A stretch of DNA of 32,792 bases from Nemertoderma westbladi (GCA_032718475.1 JAUCBJ010002930.1:1-32792); one strand, 5' to 3'. Shown: positions 9,323 to 24,172, numbered from the stretch's first letter. Numbers and translations: made by a program. The notes: generated by a model from the sequence alone, not told the origin.

Positions 9323-11937
9323 TTTATATAATAGCTGGACCAACTAGCAGAATTTATATACTAGCTGGACCAACTAGCATAATGTATATACTAGCTGGAC
9401 CAACTAGCAGAATGTATATACTAGCTGGACCAACTAGCAGAATGTATATACTAGCTGGACCAACTGGCAGAATTTATATACCAGCTGGACCAACTGGCAG
9501 AATTTATATACTAGCTGGACAAACTATCAGAATTTATATACTAGCTGGACCAACTAGCAGAATTTATATACTAGCTGGACCAACTAGCAGAATGTATATA
9601 CTAGCTGGACCATCTAGCAGAATGTATATACTAGCTGGACCAACTAGCAGAATGTATATACTAGCTGGACCAACTAGCAGAATTTATATACTAGCTGGAC
9701 CAACTAGCAGAATGTATATACTAGCTGGATCAACTAGCAGAATTTATATACTAGCTGGACCAACTAGCAGAATGTAAATACTAGCTGGACCAACTAGCAG
9801 AATGTATATACTAGCGGGACCAACTAGCAGAATTTATATACTACCTGGACCAACTAGCAGAATGTATATACTAGCTGGACCAACTAGCAGAATGTATATA
9901 CTAGCTGGACCAACTAGCAGAATGTATATACTAGCTGGACCAACTAGCAGAATTTATATACTAGCTGGACCAACTAGCAGAATGTATATACTAGCTGGAT
10001 CAACTAGCAGAATTTATATACTAGCTGGACCAACTAGCAGAATGTAAATACTAGCTGGACCAACTAGCAGAATGTATATACTAGCGGGACCAACTAGCAG
10101 AATTTATATACTACCTGGACCAACTAGCAGAATGTATATACTAGCTGGACCAACTAGCAGAATGTATATACTAGCTGGACCAACTAGCAGAATGTATATA
10201 CTAGCTGGACCAACTAGCAGAATTTATATATTAGCTGTACCAACTAGCAGAATGTATATACTAGCTGGACCAACTAGCATAATGTATATACTAGCTGGAC
10301 CAACTAGCAGAATGTATATACTAGCTGGACCAACTGGCAGAATTTATATACTAGCTGGACCAACTACCAGAATTTATATACTAGCTGGACCAACTAGCAG
10401 AGTTTTTATACTAGCTGGACCAACTAGCAGAATTTATATACTAGCTGGACCAATTAGCAGAATTAATATACTAGCTGGACCAACTAGCAGAATGTATATA
10501 CTAGCTGGACCAACTAGCAGAATTTACATAATAGCTGGACCAACTAGCAGAATTTATATACTAGCTGGACCAACTAGCAGAGTTTTTATACTAGCTGGAC
10601 CAACTAGCAGAATTTATATACTAGCTGGACCAATTAGCAGAATTAATATACTAGCTGGACCAACTAGCAGAATGTATATACTAGCTGGACCAACTAGCAG
10701 AATGTATATACTAGCGGGACCAACTAGCAGCATTTATATACTAGCTGGACCAACTAGCAGAATGTATAGACTAGCTGGCCCACTAGCAGAATGTATACAC
10801 TAGCTGGACCAACTAGCAGAATGTATATACTAGCTGGACCAACTAGCAGAATGTATATACTAGCTGGACCAACTAGCAGAATTTATATACTAGCGGGACC
10901 AACTAGCAGAATTTATATACTAGCTGGACCAACTAGCAGCATTTATATGCTAGCTGGACCAACTAGCAGAATGTATATACTAGCTGGACCAACTAGCAGA
11001 ATGTATATACTAGCTGGACCAACTAGCAGAATGTATATACTAGCGGGACCAACTAGCAGCATTTATATACTAGCTGGACCAACTAGCAGAATTTATATAC
11101 TAGCGGGACCAACTAGCAGAATTTATATACTACCTGGACTAACTAGCAGAATGTATATCTAGATGGACCAACTAGCAGAATTTATATACTAGCTGGACCA
11201 ACTAGCAGAATGTATATACTAGTTGGACCAACTAGCAGAATTTATATACTAGCTGGACCGACTAGCACAATTTTTATAATAGCTGGACCAACTAGCAGAA
11301 TTTATATACTATCTGGACCAACTAGCAGAATGTATATACTAGCTGGACCAACTAGCAGAATGTATATACTAGCTGGACCAACTAGCAGAATTTATATGGT
11401 AGCTGGACCAACTAGCAGAATGTATATACTAGCTGGACCAACTAGCAGAATTTATATACTAGCTGGACCAACTAGCAGAATGTATATACTAGCTGGACCA
11501 ACTAGCAGAATTTATATACTAGCTGGACCAACTAGCAGAATGTATATACTAGCTGGACCAACTAGCAGAATTTATATACTAGCTGGACCAACTAGCAGAA
11601 TGTATATACTAGCTGGACCAACTAGCAGAATTTATATACTAGCTGGACCAACTAGCAGAATGTATATACTAGCTGGACCAACTAGCATAATTTATATACT
11701 AGCTGGACCAACTAGCAGAATGTATATACTAGCTGGACCATCTAGCAGAATGTATATACTAGCTGGAGCAACTAGCAGAATGTATATACTAGCTGGACCA
11801 ACTAGCAGAATTTATATACTAGCTGGACCAACTAGCACAATTGTATATACTAGCTGGACCAACTAGCAGAATTTATATGCTAGCTGGACCAACTAGCAGA
11901 ATGTATATACTAGCTGGACCAACTAGCAGAATGTATA
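9323..11937. repeat. 30-bp minisatellite, ~87 copies
   Basis: Unit ctagctggaccaactagcagaat(g/t)tatata, with scattered substitutions and rare 1-bp indels. Confidence 0.99.
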
Positions 11938-12102
11938 TGAACGCTACACAATCTGCAACAATTTGCAACAGGGTGGGGAAATTAGGTAATATTAAGTGTA
12001 AACAATTTGTAGTTTGAGTCTCTCTCTTTCACTCACATTACAAAATGTTGACAACCAACCAGCAATTAATAATACATTATGTTTTTTTAGCATCAAAAAT
12101 TT

Positions 12103-14930
12103 CATATACAGTGTTAGTTGTACAGTACTTATACAGTGTTAGTTGTACAGTACTTATACAGTGTTAGTTGTACAGTACTTATACAGTGTTAGTTGTACAG
12201 TACTTATACAGTTGTTAGTTGTACAGTACATATACAGTGTTAGTTGTACAGTACTTATACAGTGTTAGTTGTACAGTACTTATACAGTGTTAGTTGTACA
12301 GTACATATACAGTGTTAGTTGTACAGTACTTATACAGTGTTAGTTGTACAGTACTTATACAGTGTTAGTTGTACAGTACTTATACAGTGTTAGTTGTACA
12401 GTACTTATACAGTGTTAGTTGTACAGTACTTATACAGTGTTAGTTGTACAGTACTTATACAGTGTTAGTTGTACAGTACTTATACAGTGTTAGTTGTACA
12501 GTACTTATACAGTGTTAGTTGTACAGTACTTATACAGTGTTAGTTGTACAGTACTTATACAGTGTTAGTTGTACAGTACTTATACAGTGTTAGTTGTACA
12601 GTACTTATACAGTGTTAGTTGTACAGTACTTATACAGTGTTAGTTGTACAGTACTTATACAGTGTTAGTTGTACAGTACTTATACAGTGTTAGTTGTACA
12701 GTACTTATACAGTGTTAGTTGTACAGTACTTATACAGTGTTAGTTGTACAGTACTTATACAGTGTTAGTTGTACAGTACTTATACAGTGTTAGTTGTACA
12801 GTACTTATACAGTGTTAGTTGTACAGTACTTATACAGTGTTAGTTGTACAGTACTTATACAGTGTTAGTTGTACAGTACTTATACAGTGTTAGTTGTACA
12901 GTACTTATACAGTGTTAGTTGTACAGTACTTATACAGTGTTAGTTGTACAGTACTTATACAGTGTTAGTTGTACAGTACTTATACAGTGTTAGTTGTACA
13001 GTACTTATACAGTGTTAGTTGTACAGTACTTATACAGTGTTAGTTGTACAGTACTTATACAGTGTTAGTTGTACAGTACTTATACAGTGTTAGTTGTACA
13101 GTACTTATACAGTGTTAGTTGTACAGTACTTATACAGTGTTAGTTGTACAGTACTTATACAGTGTTAGTTGTACAGTACTTATACAGTGTTAGTTGTACA
13201 GTACTTATACAGTGTTAGTTGTACAGTACTTATACAGTGTTAGTTGTACAGTACTTATACAGTGTTAGTTGTACAGTACTTATACAGTGTTAGTTGTACA
13301 GTACTTATACAGTGTTAGTTGTACAGTACTTATACAGTGTTAGTTGTACAGTACTTATACAGTGTTAGTTGTACAGTACTTATACAGTGTTAGTTGTACA
13401 GTACTTATACAGTGTTAGTTGTACAGTACTTATACAGTGTTAGTTGTACAGTACTTATACAGTGTTAGTTGTACAGTACTTATACAGTGTTAGTTGTACA
13501 GTACTTATACAGTGTTAGTTGTACAGTACTTATACAGTGTTAGTTGTACAGTACTTATACAGTGTTAGTTGTACAGTACTTATACAGTGTTAGTTGTACA
13601 GTACTTATACAGTGTTAGTTGTACAGTACTTATACAGTGTTAGTTGTACAGTACTTATACAGTGTTAGTTGTACAGTACTTATACAGTGTTAGTTGTACA
13701 GTACTTATACAGTGTTAGTTGTACAGTACTTATACAGTGTTAGTTGTACAGTACTTATACAGTGTTAGTTGTACAGTACTTATACAGTGTTAGTTGTACA
13801 GTACTTATACAGTGTTAGTTGTACAGTACTTATACAGTGTTAGTTGTACAGTACTTATACAGTGTTAGTTGTACAGTACTTATACAGTGTTAGTTGTACA
13901 GTACTTATACAGTGTTAGTTGTACAGTACTTATACAGTGTTAGTTGTACAGTACTTATACAGTGTTAGTTGTACAGTACTTATACAGTGTTAGTTGTACA
14001 GTACTTATACAGTGTTAGTTGTACAGTACTTATACAGTGTTAGTTGTACAGTACTTATACAGTGTTAGTTGTACAGTACTTATACAGTGTTAGTTGTACA
14101 GTACTTATACAGTGTTAGTTGTACAGTACTTATACAGTGTTAGTTGTACAGTACTTATACAGTGTTAGTTGTACAGTACTTATACAGTGTTAGTTGTACA
14201 GTACTTATACAGTGTTAGTTGTACAGTACTTATACAGTGTTAGTTGTACAGTACTTATACAGTGTTAGTTGTACAGTACTTATACAGTGTTAGTTGTACA
14301 GTACTTATACAGTGTTAGTTGTACAGTACTTATACAGTGTTAGTTGTACAGTACTTATACAGTGTTAGTTGTACAGTACTTATACAGTGTTAGTTGTACA
14401 GTACTTATACAGTGTTAGTTGTACAGTACTTATACAGTGTTAGTTGTACAGTACTTATACAGTGTTAGTTGTACAGTACTTATACAGTGTTAGTTGTACA
14501 GTACTTATACAGTGTTAGTTGTACAGTACTTATACAGTGTTAGTTGTACAGTACATATACAGTGTTAGTTGTACAGTACTTATACAGTGTTAGTTGTACA
14601 GTACTTATACAGTTGTTAGTTGTACAGTACTTATACAGTGTTAGTTGTACAGTACTTATACAGTGTTAGTTGTACAGTACTTACAGTGTTAGTTGTACAG
14701 TACATATACAGTGTTAGTTGTACAGTACTTATACAGTGTTAGTTGTACAGTACTTATACAGTTGTTAGTTGTACAGTACATATACAGTGTTAGTTGTACA
14801 GTACTTATACAGTGTTAGTTGTACAGTACTTATACAGTGTTAGTTGTACAGTAGTTATACAGTGTTAGTTGTACAGTACTTATACAGTGTTAGTTGTACA
14901 GTACTTATACAGTGTTAGTTGTACAGTGTA
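12103..14930. repeat. 25-bp minisatellite, ~113 copies, highly homogeneous
   Basis: Unit tatacagtgttagttgtacagtact; variants occur only near the ends. Confidence 0.99.
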
Positions 14931-14948
14931 CAGTTGTACAGAATACAG

Positions 14949-17900
14949 TGTATAGTTTTCTGATACTCGCTATATTTTCATTCACTATATTGTATAGTTT
15001 TCTGATACTCGCTATATTTTCATTGACTATATTGTATAGTTTTCTGATACTCGCTATATTTTCATTCACTATATTGTATAGTTTTCTGATACTCGCTATA
15101 TTTTCATTGACTATATTGTATAGTTTTCTGATACTCGCTATATTTTCATTCACTATATTGTATAGTTTTCTGATACTCGCTATATTTTCATTGACTATAT
15201 TGTATAGTTTTCTGATACTCGCTATATTTTCATTCACTATATTGTATAGTTTTCTGATACTCGCTATATTTTCATTGACTATATTGTATAGTTTTCTGAT
15301 ACTCGCTATATTTTCATTCACTATATTGTATAGTTTTCTGATACTCGCTATATTTTCATTCACTATATTGTATAGTTTTCTGATACTCGCTATATTTTCA
15401 TTGACTATATTGTATAGTTTTCTGATACTCGCTATATTTTCATTGACTATATTGTATAGTTTTCTGATACTCGCTATATTTTCATTGACTATATTGTATA
15501 GTTTTCTGATACTCGCTATATTTTCATTGACTATATTGTATAGTTTTCTGATACTCGCTATATTTTCATTGACTATATTGTATAGTTTTCTGATACTCGC
15601 TATATTTTCATTGACTATATTGTATAGTTTTCTGATACTCGCTATATTTTCATTCACTATATTGTATAGTTTTCTGATACTCGCTATATTTTCATTGACT
15701 ATATTGTATAGTTTTCTGATACTCGCTATATTTTCATTGACTATATTGTATAGTTTTCTGATACTCGCTATATTTTCATTGACTATATTGTATAGTTTTC
15801 TGATACTCGCTATATTTTCATTGACTATATTGTATAGTTTTCTGATACTCGCTATATTTTCATTCACTATATTGTATAGTTTTCTGATACTCGCTATATT
15901 TTCATTGACTATATTGTATAGTTTTCTGATACTCGCTATATTTTCATTGACTATATTGTATAGTTTTCTGATACTCGCTATATTTTCATTGACTATATTG
16001 TATAGTTTTCTGATACTCGCTATATTTTCATTGACTATATTGTATAGTTTTCTGATACTCGCTATATTTTCATTGACTATATTGTATAGTTTTCTGATAC
16101 TCGCTATATTTTCATTGACTATATTGTATAGTTTTCTGATACTCGCTATATTTTCATTGACTATATTGTATAGTTTTCTGATACTCGCTATATTTTCATT
16201 GACTATATTGTATAGTTTTCTGATACTCGCTATATTTTCATTGACTATATTGTATAGTTTTCTGATACTCGCTATATTTTCATTGACTATATTGTATAGT
16301 TTTCTGATACTCGCTATATTTTCATTGACTATATTGTATAGTTTTCTGATACTCGCTATATTTTCATTGACTATATTGTATAGTTTTCTGATACTCGCTA
16401 TATTTTCATTGACTATATTGTATAGTTTTCTGATACTCGCTATATTTTCATTGACTATATTGTATAGTTTTCTGATACTCGCTATATTTTCATTGACTAT
16501 ATTGTATAGTTTTCTGATACTCGCTATATTTTCATTGACTATATTGTATAGTTTTCTGATACTCGCTATATTTTCATTGACTATATTGTATAGTTTTCTG
16601 ATACTCGCTATATTTTCATTGACTATATTGTATAGTTTTCTGATACTCGCTATATTTTCATTGACTATATTGTATAGTTTTCTGATACTCGCTATATTTT
16701 CATTGACTATATTGTATAGTTTTCTGATACTCGCTATATTTTCATTGACTATATTGTATAGTTTTCTGATACTCGCTATATTTTCATTGACTATATTGTA
16801 TAGTTTTCTGATACTCGCTATATTTTCATTGACTATATTGTATAGTTTTCTGATACTCGCTATATTTTCATTGACTATATTGTATAGTTTTCTGATACTC
16901 GCTATATTTTCATTGACTATATTGTATAGTTTTCTGATACTCGCTATATTTTCATTGACTATATTGTATAGTTTTCTGATACTCGCTATATTTTCATTGA
17001 CTATATTGTATAGTTTTCTGATACTCGCTATATTTTCATTGACTATATTGTATAGTTTTCTGATACTCGCTATATTTTCATTGACTATATTGTATAGTTT
17101 TCTGATACTCGCTATATTTTCATTGACTATATTGTATAGTTTTCTGATACTCGCTATATTTTCATTGACTATATTGTATAGTTTTCTGATACTCGCTATA
17201 TTTTCATTGACTATATTGTATAGTTTTCTGATACTCGCTATATTTTCATTGACTATATTGTATAGTTTTCTGATACTCGCTATATTTTCATTGACTATAT
17301 TGTATAGTTTTCTGATACTCGCTATATTTTCATTGACTATATTGTATAGTTTTCTGATACTCGCTATATTTTCATTGACTATATTGTATAGTTTTCTGAT
17401 ACTCGCTATATTTTCATTGACTATATTGTATAGTTTTCTGATACTCGCTATATTTTCATTGACTATATTGTATAGTTTTCTGATACTCGCTATATTTTCA
17501 TTGACTATATTGTATAGTTTTCTGATACTCGCTATATTTTCATTGACTATATTGTATAGTTTTCTGATACTCGCTATATTTTCATTGACTATATTGTATA
17601 GTTTTCTGATACTCGCTATATTTTCATTGACTATATTGTATAGTTTTCTGATACTCGCTATATTTTCATTGACTATATTGTATAGTTTTCTGATACTCGC
17701 TATATTTTCATTGACTATATTGTATAGTTTTCTGATACTCGCTATATTTTCATTGACTATATTGTATAGTTTTCTGATACTCGCTATATTTTCATTGACT
17801 ATATTGTATAGTTTTCTGATACTCGCTATATTTTCATTGACTATATTGTATAGTTTTCTGATACTCGCTATATTTTCATTGACTATATTGTATAGTTTTC

Positions 17901-20900
17901 TGATACTCGCTATATTTTCATTGACTATATTGTATAGTTTTCTGATACTCGCTATATTTTCATTGACTATATTGTATAGTTTTCTGATACTCGCTATATT
18001 TTCATTGACTATATTGTATAGTTTTCTGATACTCGCTATATTTTCATTGACTATATTGTATAGTTTTCTGATACTCGCTATATTTTCATTGACTATATTG
18101 TATAGTTTTCTGATACTCGCTATATTTTCATTGACTATATTGTATAGTTTTCTGATACTCGCTATATTTTCATTGACTATATTGTATAGTTTTCTGATAC
18201 TCGCTATATTTTCATTGACTATATTGTATAGTTTTCTGATACTCGCTATATTTTCATTGACTATATTGTATAGTTTTCTGATACTCGCTATATTTTCATT
18301 GACTATATTGTATAGTTTTCTGATACTCGCTATATTTTCATTGACTATATTGTATAGTTTTCTGATACTCGCTATATTTTCATTGACTATATTGTATAGT
18401 TTTCTGATACTCGCTATATTTTCATTGACTATATTGTATAGTTTTCTGATACTCGCTATATTTTCATTGACTATATTGTATAGTTTTCTGATACTCGCTA
18501 TATTTTCATTGACTATATTGTATAGTTTTCTGATACTCGCTATATTTTCATTGACTATATTGTATAGTTTTCTGATACTCGCTATATTTTCATTGACTAT
18601 ATTGTATAGTTTTCTGATACTCGCTATATTTTCATTGACTATATTGTATAGTTTTCTGATACTCGCTATATTTTCATTGACTATATTGTATAGTTTTCTG
18701 ATACTCGCTATATTTTCATTGACTATATTGTATAGTTTTCTGATACTCGCTATATTTTCATTGACTATATTGTATAGTTTTCTGATACTCGCTATATTTT
18801 CATTGACTATATTGTATAGTTTTCTGATACTCGCTATATTTTCATTGACTATATTGTATAGTTTTCTGATACTCGCTATATTTTCATTGACTATATTGTA
18901 TAGTTTTCTGATACTCGCTATATTTTCATTGACTATATTGTATAGTTTTCTGATACTCGCTATATTTTCATTGACTATATTGTATAGTTTTCTGATACTC
19001 GCTATATTTTCATTGACTATATTGTATAGTTTTCTGATACTCGCTATATTTTCATTGACTATATTGTATAGTTTTCTGATACTCGCTATATTTTCATTGA
19101 CTATATTGTATAGTTTTCTGATACTCGCTATATTTTCATTGACTATATTGTATAGTTTTCTGATACTCGCTATATTTTCATTGACTATATTGTATAGTTT
19201 TCTGATACTCGCTATATTTTCATTGACTATATTGTATAGTTTTCTGATACTCGCTATATTTTCATTGACTATATTGTATAGTTTTCTGATACTCGCTATA
19301 TTTTCATTGACTATATTGTATAGTTTTCTGATACTCGCTATATTTTCATTGACTATATTGTATAGTTTTCTGATACTCGCTATATTTTCATTGACTATAT
19401 TGTATAGTTTTCTGATACTCGCTATATTTTCATTGACTATATTGTATAGTTTTCTGATACTCGCTATATTTTCATTGACTATATTGTATAGTTTTCTGAT
19501 ACTCGCTATATTTTCATTGACTATATTGTATAGTTTTCTGATACTCGCTATATTTTCATTGACTATATTGTATAGTTTTCTGATACTCGCTATATTTTCA
19601 TTGACTATATTGTATAGTTTTCTGATACTCGCTATATTTTCATTGACTATATTGTATAGTTTTCTGATACTCGCTATATTTTCATTGACTATATTGTATA
19701 GTTTTCTGATACTCGCTATATTTTCATTGACTATATTGTATAGTTTTCTGATACTCGCTATATTTTCATTGACTATATTGTATAGTTTTCTGATACTCGC
19801 TATATTTTCATTGACTATATTGTATAGTTTTCTGATACTCGCTATATTTTCATTGACTATATTGTATAGTTTTCTGATACTCGCTATATTTTCATTGACT
19901 ATATTGTATAGTTTTCTGATACTCGCTATATTTTCATTGACTATATTGTATAGTTTTCTGATACTCGCTATATTTTCATTGACTATATTGTATAGTTTTC
20001 TGATACTCGCTATATTTTCATTGACTATATTGTATAGTTTTCTGATACTCGCTATATTTTCATTGACTATATTGTATAGTTTTCTGATACTCGCTATATT
20101 TTCATTGACTATATTGTATAGTTTTCTGATACTCGCTATATTTTCATTGACTATATTGTATAGTTTTCTGATACTCGCTATATTTTCATTGACTATATTG
20201 TATAGTTTTCTGATACTCGCTATATTTTCATTGACTATATTGTATAGTTTTCTGATACTCGCTATATTTTCATTGACTATATTGTATAGTTTTCTGATAC
20301 TCGCTATATTTTCATTGACTATATTGTATAGTTTTCTGATACTCGCTATATTTTCATTGACTATATTGTATAGTTTTCTGATACTCGCTATATTTTCATT
20401 GACTATATTGTATAGTTTTCTGATACTCGCTATATTTTCATTGACTATATTGTATAGTTTTCTGATACTCGCTATATTTTCATTGACTATATTGTATAGT
20501 TTTCTGATACTCGCTATATTTTCATTGACTATATTGTATAGTTTTCTGATACTCGCTATATTTTCATTGACTATATTGTATAGTTTTCTGATACTCGCTA
20601 TATTTTCATTGACTATATTGTATAGTTTTCTGATACTCGCTATATTTTCATTGACTATATTGTATAGTTTTCTGATACTCGCTATATTTTCATTGACTAT
20701 ATTGTATAGTTTTCTGATACTCGCTATATTTTCATTGACTATATTGTATAGTTTTCTGATACTCGCTATATTTTCATTGACTATATTGTATAGTTTTCTG
20801 ATACTCGCTATATTTTCATTGACTATATTGTATAGTTTTCTGATACTCGCTATATTTTCATTGACTATATTGTATAGTTTTCTGATACTCGCTATATTTT

Positions 20901-23218
20901 CATTGACTATATTGTATAGTTTTCTGATACTCGCTATATTTTCATTGACTATATTGTATAGTTTTCTGATACTCGCTATATTTTCATTGACTATATTGTA
21001 TAGTTTTCTGATACTCGCTATATTTTCATTGACTATATTGTATAGTTTTCTGATACTCGCTATATTTTCATTGACTATATTGTATAGTTTTCTGATACTC
21101 GCTATATTTTCATTGACTATATTGTATAGTTTTCTGATACTCGCTATATTTTCATTGACTATATTGTATAGTTTTCTGATACTCGCTATATTTTCATTGA
21201 CTATATTGTATAGTTTTCTGATACTCGCTATATTTTCATTGACTATATTGTATAGTTTTCTGATACTCGCTATATTTTCATTGACTATATTGTATAGTTT
21301 TCTGATACTCGCTATATTTTCATTGACTATATTGTATAGTTTTCTGATACTCGCTATATTTTCATTGACTATATTGTATAGTTTTCTGATACTCGCTATA
21401 TTTTCATTGACTATATTGTATAGTTTTCTGATACTCGCTATATTTTCATTGACTATATTGTATAGTTTTCTGATACTCGCTATATTTTCATTGACTATAT
21501 TGTATAGTTTTCTGATACTCGCTATATTTTCATTGACTATATTGTATAGTTTTCTGATACTCGCTATATTTTCATTGACTATATTGTATAGTTTTCTGAT
21601 ACTCGCTATATTTTCATTGACTATATTGTATAGTTTTCTGATACTCGCTATATTTTCATTGACTATATTGTATAGTTTTCTGATACTCGCTATATTTTCA
21701 TTGACTATATTGTATAGTTTTCTGATACTCGCTATATTTTCATTGACTATATTGTATAGTTTTCTGATACTCGCTATATTTTCATTGACTATATTGTATA
21801 GTTTTCTGATACTCGCTATATTTTCATTGACTATATTGTATAGTTTTCTGATACTCGCTATATTTTCATTGACTATATTGTATAGTTTTCTGATACTCGC
21901 TATATTTTCATTGACTATATTGTATAGTTTTCTGATACTCGCTATATTTTCATTGACTATATTGTATAGTTTTCTGATACTCGCTATATTTTCATTGACT
22001 ATATTGTATAGTTTTCTGATACTCGCTATATTTTCATTGACTATATTGTATAGTTTTCTGATACTCGCTATATTTTCATTGACTATATTGTATAGTTTTC
22101 TGATACTCGCTATATTTTCATTGACTATATTGTATAGTTTTCTGATACTCGCTATATTTTCATTGACTATATTGTATAGTTTTCTGATACTCGCTATATT
22201 TTCATTGACTATATTGTATAGTTTTCTGATACTCGCTATATTTTCATTGACTATATTGTATAGTTTTCTGATACTCGCTATATTTTCATTGACTATATTG
22301 TATAGTTTTCTGATACTCGCTATATTTTCATTGACTATATTGTATAGTTTTCTGATACTCGCTATATTTTCATTGACTATATTGTATAGTTTTCTGATAC
22401 TCGCTATATTTTCATTGACTATATTGTATAGTTTTCTGATACTCGCTATATTTTCATTCACTATATTGTATAGTTTTCTGATACTCGCTATATTTTCATT
22501 GACTATATTGTATAGTTTTCTGATACTCGCTATATTTTCATTGACTATATTGTATAGTTTTCTGATACTCGCTATATTTTCATTCACTATATTGTATAGT
22601 TTTCTGATACTCGCTATATTTTCATTGACTATATTGTATAGTTTTCTGATACTCGCTATATTTTCATTGACTATATTGTATAGTTTTCTGATACTCGCTA
22701 TATTTTCATTGACTATATTGTATAGTTTTCTGATACTCGCTATATTTTCATTCACTATATTGTATAGTTTTCTGATACTCGCTATATTTTCATTCACTAT
22801 ATTGTATAGTTTTCTGATACTCGCTATATTTTCATTGACTATATTGTATAGTTTTCTGATACTCGCTATATTTTCATTGACTATATTGTATAGTTTTCTG
22901 ATACTCGCTATATTTTCATTGACTATATTGTATAGTTTTCTGATACTCGCTATATTTTCATTGACTATATTGTATAGTTTTCTGATACTCGCTATATTTT
23001 CATTGACTATATTGTATAGTTTTCTGATACTCGCTATATTTTCATTGACTATATTGTATAGTTTTCTGATACTCGCTATATTTTCATTCACTATATTGTA
23101 TAGTTTTCTGATACTCGCTATATTTTCATTGACTATATTGTATAGTTTTCTGATACTCGCTATATTTTCATTGACTATATTGTATAGTTTTCTGATACTC
23201 GCTATATTTTCATTGACT
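14949..23218. repeat. 42-bp minisatellite, ~197 copies, highly homogeneous
   Basis: Unit tgtatagttttctgatactcgctatattttcatt(g/c)actatat; the C variant is confined to both ends. Confidence 0.99.
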
Positions 23219-23282
23219 CACTTCGTTCACTAAAGTAAAGTACCAACGAACGCTACTTTACAAATAAGTATGTAAATCAATA

Positions 23283-23397
23283 TTATTTCAAAGCGGTAGG
23301 TTTTATAGACGTACCTGCTGATCTTTGCTGATCACTGACTGTCGGCATCTTAAAGTTCGCATACGTATCCATTGAATTAAGGTAGTCACGTACCGCT
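23283..23397 (-). CDS. Receptor-type PTP (PTPRA/PTPRE-like), last visible coding exon
   Basis: Acceptor ttgtattcag|A (phase 2). Encodes (R)AVRDYLNSMDTYANFKMPTVSDQQRSAGTSIKPTALK*. YANFK is the PTPalpha/epsilon C-terminal motif. An alternative donor CAG|GTACGT lies at 23315/23314. Confidence 0.85.
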
Positions 23398-23950
23398 CTG
23401 AATACAAATTATAAGATAAAACAATGCAACTATATACTGTACGTAAATACGTGTGATAAAAAAAATAATAAAAAAAGTTAAAATTATATTATTGTAACCG
23501 CAGAACATCATATACTAATATTTAATTAATTCTAAAACCAATTTATCAGTAATATTTATCTAATATTTTTATTAGAACACGTTTCAGCATCAATAAACGC
23601 GAAAGTAAATAACGGGCATTTGGTCAGGAATTACGCGCGAAGTCTGACGACTTATTTCCAGAGCAGTCCCGCCAGAACTATACCCCCCAGGGGAAACTGG
23701 CACTCATTTGGAGACCATTTAAGGATTCAAAACAAAGATGACCCCTGTCTAATGAATTTAAAGTATTCCTGACGAAGGGAAAACTTCCCTGGTCATCTTG
23801 CCTGTGTGTATGAGTGGGCCTACAGTAGTGAAAGTTGTAGTAGTTGGTTTGTCTACTCGCGGTTTTCTGTACAACGACTTGGTACCTTTTAGTTGTCCAT
23901 AAAAAAGATTTGGAAAAGTTAAATTCGAATTGTGTAGAAAGATTTCTTAC

Positions 23951-24109
23951 CTGTATATAAAGTTATATTGTTCGACCGACATCACCATAAAAGGCCTTAG
24001 ATAGCGGAGACCCTTCACTGTTGAGAAAACATCAATTATCCCTTCTGCCTTGAGACGTTCCAGAACAATACTTAATGCACAGAATGCCCCAGTCCTGCCC
24101 GACCCGTTG
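23951..24109 (-). CDS. Receptor-type PTP exon (second half of P-loop through Q-loop)
   Basis: Bounded by gttttatttag|C and AG|GTAAGA. 159 bp, phases 2/2. Encodes [52 protein letters not shown]. Confidence 0.95.
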
Positions 24110-24172
24110 CTAAATAAAACAAGTAAGGCATTAATTATAATTGGTTGTTCCACAACTAGAAGAAGAGAATTT

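Noticed and set aside
9382-11866. MYILAGPTSR-repeat ORFs
   Set aside because: They are translations of the 30-bp minisatellite, broken by stops and 1-bp indels.
14894-23233. 2779-aa and 2728-aa ORFs on opposite strands
   Set aside because: They follow from a 42-bp (multiple of 3) unit lacking stops in those frames. There is no synonymous-site pattern or unique domain, and the unit appears MITE-derived.
23768-23791. CCTGACGA-AGGGAA-AAC-TTCCCT, resembling half a hammerhead ribozyme
   Set aside because: The required GAAA and stem III are absent; at best it is a truncated remnant.
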